From positions 1 through 56,680 of IMG/VR virus record IMGVR_UViG_3300022930_000002: DNA of 56,680 nt. One strand, given 5' to 3'. Shown here piece by piece: positions 50,223 through 56,680 of this stretch; position 1 is the stretch's first letter; each line of letters starts with the position of its first letter. Below the pieces are notes generated by a model. That model was given only the letters and a program-made list of their open reading frames with translations. It had not been told where the DNA came from and searched no databases. This DNA is from a virus. Position numbers and translations under genes: made by a program.

Positions 50223-52121
50223 CTAGTTACTTAACTTAGTTTGATCATTTTTACCATAGTGTTTAGTTGTAATAGCTGTCCCATCATTTCGTATTTCTAC
50301 TAAAGTCAAATTGATGGTATTTGTTTCTGTATTCCAACTAGATTTTAAAGGTAAGAATTTTTTATCACCTAGTGTTTGAATGGTGTATATTTCAGTGTAT
50401 TTATAGTTTTCCGCGTACATGGATAAATCCATAACAAGAGAGGATTTATATTTATTTCGAAGTATGGCATGGCTTGTCATTTCTGTCAAAGTGACTCCTG
50501 ATATCTTAGGGTCCGAGAAGAACTTTTCAAGTCCTGAATTACTAAATTCAGTCATGAAATTCGACACATAAAAACCATTATGGGAACTACTTATCTTTAA
50601 ATTAATTTCATCTTTTCCTGTGTTTTTTGAATCAGTGTACTCTGATTCATATACATCGTTGTTACTTCCAACGTTGATGTATATATCGTCATACACTACA
50701 ACTCTACCCGCAGGTATTTGAAAACCCACATATATTTTAGGCTCATTCTGTCTTTCAATAGGAATATCCGTTGGTAAGGGCATTATAATATCCTGTTTTG
50801 AGTTAAAATCTACCTGAGCAACATCTCCTAATTTCAAAGCCGCAATAGTTATGGTTATAGAAGTAGAGGTTGTAGTCCAGAAACCAAACTCATTTAAGTA
50901 ATATTCTACCCCGCCCGCATCATATCTTACTGTTACCTCAAACGGTGTCGAATCCCACACAATAAAACCATCCGAATCAGTGACAGCCCCATTTATGATA
51001 GAAAATTTAAAACCAAAATTTATGTAACTATACAATACATCCGTGTCGATCGGGAGGTAGCCGGCTATCAATTGAAATACTTTACCAGTTGTTGGGATTG
51101 GGTTGGATATTTTTACGGCTGATCCTGCGGCATCGCTCAGACTTCCTACGGATTCTACCGCAGCCCCCGCAGCGTTCCAATATATTGGAGAGTTAAATAC
51201 CCCATCCACTATGTCCATATTTCCATTTGGAAGAATGTTATCCCTCTGATCCTGTTCATATGTGGTAATCACGGTTTTCACTCCTGGATTAACCATCAAT
51301 ATTGCATTTTCTTCTATAAATCTGTAATCATAGGAATCATCACCCCCGATGGTTTTTAAAACATTAACTGGGGGATATGGTATGTCAGAATCCCAGTTTA
51401 CATTCAAAATACCTGTGGCGACATCATTTATCCTCCATAAGTGCCATTCACCTTCTGACTGTACAATTCTGGACTGCATACTTCGAAGAAATCCTTCTAA
51501 GATATACATACAACTTTTATAGTTCCCGTTATAATCCGTAAATCCTTCACCACGGGGAGACCATTGTACCGATCCAATATACACATCTTCTCCTGGATAT
51601 GCATCATTTGTCATATCATTAACCCAGTATATTGGGAGTTCTATCCCTAAATTACTTTCTGAAAATAATATTTGTTTGAAAAAGTTAAGCGGTATTCTTC
51701 CTCCTGGAAGATTATTGTGGGTATACGGTATCCCTTCTAACAACATCAATCCATCAGTGGCGTTTAATGTTAAACTGAAAGGAGCTGCCGTAAAGGATTG
51801 TTGAATTCCATCCGGTATAAGATATCCTTTAAATTTAAGTTGTCCTTCAATGTAGAATTCCACTTTAAATTCCATAGAACTAGCTTCTTGCAGTTCTAAA
51901 ATATCTAAGGGATAACTTTCTTCTTGTTCAACTGAAATGGTAGCCTTGGTGTTTATTATAGGCTCATATGGATCATCACTGCACTCTCGTTGTATTATGC
52001 AAGCTGCATCTCCCGTTCCTCTGATCGGTATGATATCCCCTGCATAGTCATCATGCAGTATGTCTACTGTGCATAATCTATCAAAGTAATTTCTGTAACT
52101 TACCCTATATTTAACTCCCAT
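50223..52121 (-). CDS. distal tail / baseplate hub protein
   Basis: 632 aa immediately after the tape measure gene, overlapping its stop. Confidence 0.6.
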   Translation of the reverse strand: MGVKYRVSYRNYFDRLCTVDILHDDYAGDIIPIRGTGDAACIIQRECSDDPYEPIINTKATISVEQEESYPLDILELQEASSMEFKVEFYIEGQLKFKGYLIPDGIQQSFTAAPFSLTLNATDGLMLLEGIPYTHNNLPGGRIPLNFFKQILFSESNLGIELPIYWVNDMTNDAYPGEDVYIGSVQWSPRGEGFTDYNGNYKSCMYILEGFLRSMQSRIVQSEGEWHLWRINDVATGILNVNWDSDIPYPPVNVLKTIGGDDSYDYRFIEENAILMVNPGVKTVITTYEQDQRDNILPNGNMDIVDGVFNSPIYWNAAGAAVESVGSLSDAAGSAVKISNPIPTTGKVFQLIAGYLPIDTDVLYSYINFGFKFSIINGAVTDSDGFIVWDSTPFEVTVRYDAGGVEYYLNEFGFWTTTSTSITITIAALKLGDVAQVDFNSKQDIIMPLPTDIPIERQNEPKIYVGFQIPAGRVVVYDDIYINVGSNNDVYESEYTDSKNTGKDEINLKISSSHNGFYVSNFMTEFSNSGLEKFFSDPKISGVTLTEMTSHAILRNKYKSSLVMDLSMYAENYKYTEIYTIQTLGDKKFLPLKSSWNTETNTINLTLVEIRNDGTAITTKHYGKNDQTKLSN

Positions 52122-55100
52122 TATGTACCTCTTTTTCTAGACCTGTTCGCCCTGTCCAAAGTTACTAATAAATCCTGACCAGAAATTTTTGTTGTCAATT
52201 GCCCAAATTCATTAACTTCTACCCCAGTCACTACTCCATTGGTAGTCATCCTACCGATGATAGATGCTGTATATGCTAATGCATTTTGACGTTCCAATAA
52301 TTTGGTTTGTTTTTGCTGCTCCGCTAATTGCGCCTTTTCAAGTTCTTCTTGTTTACGTGCTTTACTTGCTCCAAAAATACCACCTAAAGCTCCCGCTATA
52401 CCTCCGACAACCGCACCAATTGCGGTACCTAGTCCAGGTATTACCGATCCTATTATCGCTCCGGTAGCCGCACCTTTTAACGCTCCACCCGTACCTTGAC
52501 CCAATGTACTGGTTTTTTTAGTAGCCCCTGAAACCACGCCTCCCAATAAAGCGGCCCCGCCCGCTAAATTTTGTTGAGACTCAGACATACTTTGGAAAGC
52601 CTTATCCATTATGGCTGTAAGTTTCTTTTGAAATATGTTAAGAAAAACATCATTCAAAGAATCCGTTAAACTTTTGGCTAAATCTCCAATAATAGCAGAA
52701 AAACTTTGATCTGCCTGCTGATTTATATTAGATAAAATCCTGAAAAAATCACTACCAAATTTAGCTACTCCACGAGAAAGCTCTTTTCCAAAGCCTCCAT
52801 CTTTAGCCTGATCTGCTTTAGCTGTCATTCCTTGCGTAGCTGCATTCTGCGTAAGATTTAAAGCTGCCTGAGCCATAGGATCATTTGCGTAAAGTTTTCT
52901 TAATTCATCAAAATATTCTGTGACAACTTTAAGTCTTTTTTGCAATTCTTCTTCTATTTTTCTACTGGCTTTGGCTGTTCCATTCTCATTTTGGGTAAAA
53001 GATTTATCAGTAATAGTTTGTATTTTGTTAACTAATTTATCCTGAGCTTCAATTCTTTTCTTCTCATATTTTTCATTTACACCCTCGATTTGAGCTTGCT
53101 TACCCTGTTCTATACCTACAAGTATTTCAGCATTCCCCTTGGCTTTAATTACTTCATCGTCGTACCACTTGTAGATTTTTAACAAATCCTTTTCTCGTGA
53201 CTCAGCCGCGACAATACCACTTTCATTACGGATTCTCTGGATTTCCTCATTTACACGAGTTTCTTCCCCGATTAAAGCCATGGTGACTTCTTTCGATTCA
53301 TTGATCTGTGCCTGGTTACGGAGGGTCTCTATTTGAGATAAATCTGCTCCTTTTTTACGGGATGCCGCAGTTATATCTTCATTTAGATTAACATACTTTT
53401 GACGTATTTTTTCAATCTGAAGATCAATACCTTCGTATCCGGCCAGATCAGCCTGATCAGTAGTTCTGTCAACTTTCGGAGTAATAGTATCCCTGAAAGT
53501 TTTTTCTTTTTTAGGTTTATCCGGTTTGTTTAAATCTACCAAAGTTCCACCTTTAGCTAATTGTTTTATAGCTGCATCTTGTAATCTATTATTTTCAGCA
53601 GATAATAAATTACTGTCTGTTTTAAGATCATTCTGTTGTTTTATTAAACCGTTTATAGTCTTTTGATTTCCTTTTATTCTTTCAGAATATCCGGCAGCAG
53701 CTTGTCCTGAAGTATTAGCCGCATCTGCTGCTTGCCCTTCCAGTTGAGTTTGCCTTAATCTAGCTTTAGTTTCCTGATCCTGAAGTTTAGCTAATTTATT
53801 TTCATTTTCTAACTGGCGTTCTGCATTTTTAGTGATAAGATTAACAGCAGCTCTTGCTTTACCTGAAGCTATAATACTATCTGTTAATTCACTATATGCT
53901 TTACGTGTAGATAATGCTGCCTTTTCCTCAAATTTAAGAAAGACCTCTGGTTGAAGTTGTTTCAACTGCTCATATGCTTCCTTTCTTTCTTTTAGGGGAA
54001 GATTGGAGTCCTGATAAACTTTATACAAAATTCTCAATTGATTCAACTCTTCAACAGAAGATTTGGCCCCTGCCAGTTGTGCACGTTCTACACCCTTAAG
54101 AGTTTCTATGTATTCTTTAGTTCCTCCATTTAGCTCATCCTGTTTTCTTTTAGCGTTCTGTTGAGCCTGCTGATAAAAAATGTACCCCGCTACTAAAGCG
54201 GATATCGCGATAGTTACACCTCCAAATCCTGTGAATAATCCTGCTAATGAAGCTCTAGCAACATTTGCTGAAGTAGCTACCCCACCATTGGCTACAATTG
54301 CCGCTCTTGTCTGGGCTATATATTGCGGTATTACCTCTACGAGTCGGGTAATGTTGTTTCCAATGGCACCAAAGTTATTGGCCGCAAAAGGGGCATCTTG
54401 GATGATACGACCAAACTCTAGGCCTACGGCATTATACCCCCCAGATAATCTTCTAGCTGCATTTGCTGCACTATTAGCTGATGTTGTTAAAGATGTACCT
54501 GTAGCTATGCCCAAAGCTCTTAAACGAGCTAATTCAGCTTGCGCAGCCTGAAGCCTGATATTGTATTGTACAATTCCCCGTTCATCAGTCGCTCCTGATA
54601 TTGCAGTTCTTAACCTTTTAATCTTAGCTTCTAAATCAGGTATAATCCTGCCAGTTGCTTGATACTGACTATTTACACTGGCCACAGCACTTGCTGCATT
54701 ATTTGCCAAAGTATTATTTAAAGAGTCAATATTTGCTTTAAGGGAGGTGATCTTCCCATCCATGGGATTTAACCCATTGGCTAGAAGTTTACTGATAGCT
54801 GCTTCATAGGCGGCAATCTGTGCTTTCTGATTTTTAACACTGTCTCCAAATATCTGAGCATTACCTGTCAGTACAGTGATTTTACTGTTAAGACTATCAA
54901 GAATAGCGATAGTTTGCTGACTCTGAAAAGCCGTGCTACCTTGAATGGCGGCAGTAGTATATTCTCGTATTTTTCCGGTAACGGCTGTTAAAGCCCCTCC
55001 GGTTGCATTTAGGGTATTTACATCAGTAGCTCGGAATAAATCAATTTTTAGGTTGTCAGCCGTTCTTTGGAGATTTTCTAATATACCAAAAGCCCGATTA

Positions 55101-55153
55101 GCTGCTTGATCTAATCCAGATGCACTACCTCCTATTTCGACTTCTAATCTCAT
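52121..55153 (-). CDS. tape measure protein
   Basis: 1010 aa, long Ala/Gln/Lys coiled coils, Gly-rich hydrophobic segment GGALKGAATGAIIGSVIPGLGTAIGAVVGGIAGALGGIFGA. Confidence 0.9.
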   Translation of the reverse strand: MRLEVEIGGSASGLDQAANRAFGILENLQRTADNLKIDLFRATDVNTLNATGGALTAVTGKIREYTTAAIQGSTAFQSQQTIAILDSLNSKITVLTGNAQIFGDSVKNQKAQIAAYEAAISKLLANGLNPMDGKITSLKANIDSLNNTLANNAASAVASVNSQYQATGRIIPDLEAKIKRLRTAISGATDERGIVQYNIRLQAAQAELARLRALGIATGTSLTTSANSAANAARRLSGGYNAVGLEFGRIIQDAPFAANNFGAIGNNITRLVEVIPQYIAQTRAAIVANGGVATSANVARASLAGLFTGFGGVTIAISALVAGYIFYQQAQQNAKRKQDELNGGTKEYIETLKGVERAQLAGAKSSVEELNQLRILYKVYQDSNLPLKERKEAYEQLKQLQPEVFLKFEEKAALSTRKAYSELTDSIIASGKARAAVNLITKNAERQLENENKLAKLQDQETKARLRQTQLEGQAADAANTSGQAAAGYSERIKGNQKTINGLIKQQNDLKTDSNLLSAENNRLQDAAIKQLAKGGTLVDLNKPDKPKKEKTFRDTITPKVDRTTDQADLAGYEGIDLQIEKIRQKYVNLNEDITAASRKKGADLSQIETLRNQAQINESKEVTMALIGEETRVNEEIQRIRNESGIVAAESREKDLLKIYKWYDDEVIKAKGNAEILVGIEQGKQAQIEGVNEKYEKKRIEAQDKLVNKIQTITDKSFTQNENGTAKASRKIEEELQKRLKVVTEYFDELRKLYANDPMAQAALNLTQNAATQGMTAKADQAKDGGFGKELSRGVAKFGSDFFRILSNINQQADQSFSAIIGDLAKSLTDSLNDVFLNIFQKKLTAIMDKAFQSMSESQQNLAGGAALLGGVVSGATKKTSTLGQGTGGALKGAATGAIIGSVIPGLGTAIGAVVGGIAGALGGIFGASKARKQEELEKAQLAEQQKQTKLLERQNALAYTASIIGRMTTNGVVTGVEVNEFGQLTTKISGQDLLVTLDRANRSRKRGT

Positions 55154-55410
55154 TCAAATTCATTTAAAAGCTGTTTAGCTTGATCAAGTGTTTTAATCAT
55201 TTTCTTAACGCCTTCAGAATCTTGTGGCAGAGGCCAGATATCCTGTGGTTTTAAGAACTCTGAAGCACCCATCCCACTGAAACTGGCTATGTAACTCATC
55301 AGATGGCGGGTTCTATCCCACTCTCTATTTTGATTGTTGATATAGCCGGTCAACATGAGATTAAAATGTTTTAAAGTCAGTTTCCTGACTTCATGTGGTT
55401 TTAAACCCAT
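55150..55410 (-). CDS. tail assembly chaperone, T portion (expressed as a G-T fusion by -1 frameshift)
   Basis: The -1 frame from the A9 run is open into this ORF (KVTLGKIITLCYEMGLKPHE...). Confidence 0.7.
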   Translation of the reverse strand: MGLKPHEVRKLTLKHFNLMLTGYINNQNREWDRTRHLMSYIASFSGMGASEFLKPQDIWPLPQDSEGVKKMIKTLDQAKQLLNEFE

Positions 55411-55424
55411 CTCATAACAAAGTG

Positions 55425-55829
55425 TTATGATTTTACCGAGCGTGACTTTTTTTTTACACCTGGTGTTTCCGTTGCAGGAATATTTTCAACTTCTAAAAAT
55501 AAGTGGTCAGCCATTGTCTTACCAAAGTACCGCGAACTTTTGAAATCGTCGATCACCAACTTAAATTGACCTTCATCCCAAGAATCCATCTCTTTCTGAA
55601 GTGCCTTATAGGAAACTTCAAAATCATCATATGCACTTTCTAAATTAGCACCATTTTTAAGTGCAGATAAAATCAAAGTGGTAAGATATTTTATCTGATC
55701 CTTTCCAGGAGTAATAACTTTTTCTAAACCATCAATTTCACAGTCTAAGGTGTCACAGAATATTTCTAAACACCCCATGCCCCACGAAAGTGGGTAGTCT
55801 TTATTGTTTATCGTTAAGGTCATCTTCAA
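55425..55829 (-). CDS. tail assembly chaperone G
   Basis: 134 aa between the tube and tape measure genes; ends PGVKKKSRSVKS just after the slippery run. Confidence 0.75.
   Translation of the reverse strand: MKMTLTINNKDYPLSWGMGCLEIFCDTLDCEIDGLEKVITPGKDQIKYLTTLILSALKNGANLESAYDDFEVSYKALQKEMDSWDEGQFKLVIDDFKSSRYFGKTMADHLFLEVENIPATETPGVKKKSRSVKS
55447..55455 (-). promoter_or_regulatory. -1 programmed frameshift slippery site (GGT GTA AAA AAA AAG)
   Basis: T9 on the plus strand equals A9 in the mRNA, containing A AAA AAG; located 20 nt before the G stop. Confidence 0.7.
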
Positions 55830-55980
55830 TTAGTTTTCTAGCTTGTGCTTCAGTCGGTTTTTTTGTCCTTTTAACGATGAGACTTCCTCTCACGAAAGAA
55901 CATAGGCAAGCGGAAGGCTTGATATAATGAATAACAAACCTTCCTTTACCAAAATCATTTATCCCTTTGATTTCTATCAT
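55801..55980 (-). CDS. possible 59-aa protein between tube and chaperone genes
   Basis: Hand translation MIEIKGINDFGKGRFVIHYIKPSACLCSFVRGSLIVKRTKKPTEAQARKLIEDDLNDKQ; overlaps the G start by 29 nt. Confidence 0.35.
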   Translation of the reverse strand: MIEIKGINDFGKGRFVIHYIKPSACLCSFVRGSLIVKRTKKPTEAQARKLIEDDLNDKQ

Positions 55981-55991
55981 AACCGGAGTTA

Positions 55992-56456
55992 TTAAGAAGT
56001 TACAAGGACTTTTTCGTAGGCTAATGGGCCATTACCTACAACAGTTGTATCAGTTGTTGCTGTTCCAGTTGCAGGGCCGTTCATAGTAAAGCCGGTGATG
56101 ATTCCTGATCCTGAATAAACAAAATCATAATCAGACTTAACTTGTCCAGGTCTTGACATGAACTCTACTTCCACTTCCACATCACCGTCGATAATTAAAT
56201 TACCAATGTCCGGATTTGAAGCAGCTAAACTGTTGCGCATCAGGTTTTGACTGAAATCTATTGACCAATCTCTGCTATCAACGCTTCTCTCTACCCAGGA
56301 AATGTCTCCTGCAACTGAATCACCCTCATCAGGTTTACACGAATCTTCTTCGGTTACGTTAACAGTTAAGTTCAACGTTGCATCAGTCTGACAAGACAGC
56401 CACACACCGCCAAATCTTACACCGATAATGCTGCCAGGTACTTTGTTACTTGCCAT
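55992..56456 (-). CDS. major tail tube protein
   Basis: 154 aa, upstream of the chaperones and tape measure; Thr/Gly-rich C-terminus. Confidence 0.75.
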   Translation of the reverse strand: MASNKVPGSIIGVRFGGVWLSCQTDATLNLTVNVTEEDSCKPDEGDSVAGDISWVERSVDSRDWSIDFSQNLMRNSLAASNPDIGNLIIDGDVEVEVEFMSRPGQVKSDYDFVYSGSGIITGFTMNGPATGTATTDTTVVGNGPLAYEKVLVTS

Positions 56457-56680
56457 AATTATATCCTCCTTTTATTTTTTTTGTGATTAATTTTGTATCT
56501 TCTATATGTTGTAAAACCTCTAATATCGCCATTTCTTCTGTAAGTCCAACTAGTTTGATTTTAAATCCTTTCTGGGTGCCAGAATCATCCATTTTAAATA
56601 CCGCCTCACCTTCCAATCCATTCTCCAACTGCATATCTATTGCCAGATAAGAAAGTATCCTAATAGTTTCTGTATGCTTA
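56446..56680 (-). CDS. 3' part of the wrap-around ORF that starts at 237 (bases 56554-56680 duplicate 1-127)
   Basis: The frame is open to the right edge. The ORF-track entry 56446-56634 begins at an internal Met. Confidence 0.7.
   Translation of the reverse strand, partial: KHTETIRILSYLAIDMQLENGLEGEAVFKMDDSGTQKGFKIKLVGLTEEMAILEVLQHIEDTKLITKKIKGGYNYGK
56554..56680. repeat. terminal direct repeat, second copy of 1-127
   Basis: Exact 127-nt identity by eye. Confidence 0.95.

Noticed and set aside
52264-54551. Plus-strand ORFs 52264-52467, 52302-52499 and 54180-54551 inside the tape measure gene
   Set aside because: They are antisense reading frames of a repetitive Ala/Gly-rich gene. They have no start context and no coupling to neighbours.

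Overview
The window is a complete tailed-phage genome. Bases 1-127 recur exactly at 56554-56680 (assembly overlap), so the unique circular or permuted length is 56553 bp. It is AT-rich and gene-dense, and uses Bacteroidota-style promoters (TTG ... TAnnTTTG). Minus strand: packaging genes (TerS, TerL, portal), an HK97-type head (protease, capsid with delta domain) and neck genes. It also carries a siphovirus-type tail: tube, G/GT chaperones with an A9 -1 slippery run, a 1010-aa tape measure, distal tail proteins and an 897-aa fibre. Lysis genes (GH108 endolysin, holin, spanin-like) and a replication block follow (family A DNA polymerase, VirE-type primase-helicase, C5 DNA methyltransferase, VRR-NUC, SNF2 helicase). 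Plus strand: dozens of small early genes behind repeated promoters, plus a nucleotide-metabolism set (divergent ThyA-family enzyme, MazG, dUTPase-fold protein). It also holds a DUF2800-type nuclease / DnaQ exonuclease / DUF2815 SSB-like set and a glycosyltransferase island inserted in the head module. There are seven tRNAs in two clusters. Most notable: (i) a phage-borne viperin-like radical SAM gene behind 17-bp tandem repeats. (ii) A circularly permuted, two-piece tmRNA-like gene bracketed by two tRNA(CAU) genes. (iii) A five-tRNA cluster that decodes exactly the CNN row of the genetic code, preceded by a 22-codon ORF with eight consecutive CNN codons and a terminator. (iv) Four frame disruptions in three genes, three of them at homopolymer runs (GIY-YIG nuclease, SPFH protein with a C9 tract, dNMP kinase). 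(v) Several homing-endonuclease-like genes. No integrase or repressor was recognised, so the phage looks virulent. All functional calls come from motif recognition by eye; no searches or folding programs were run.
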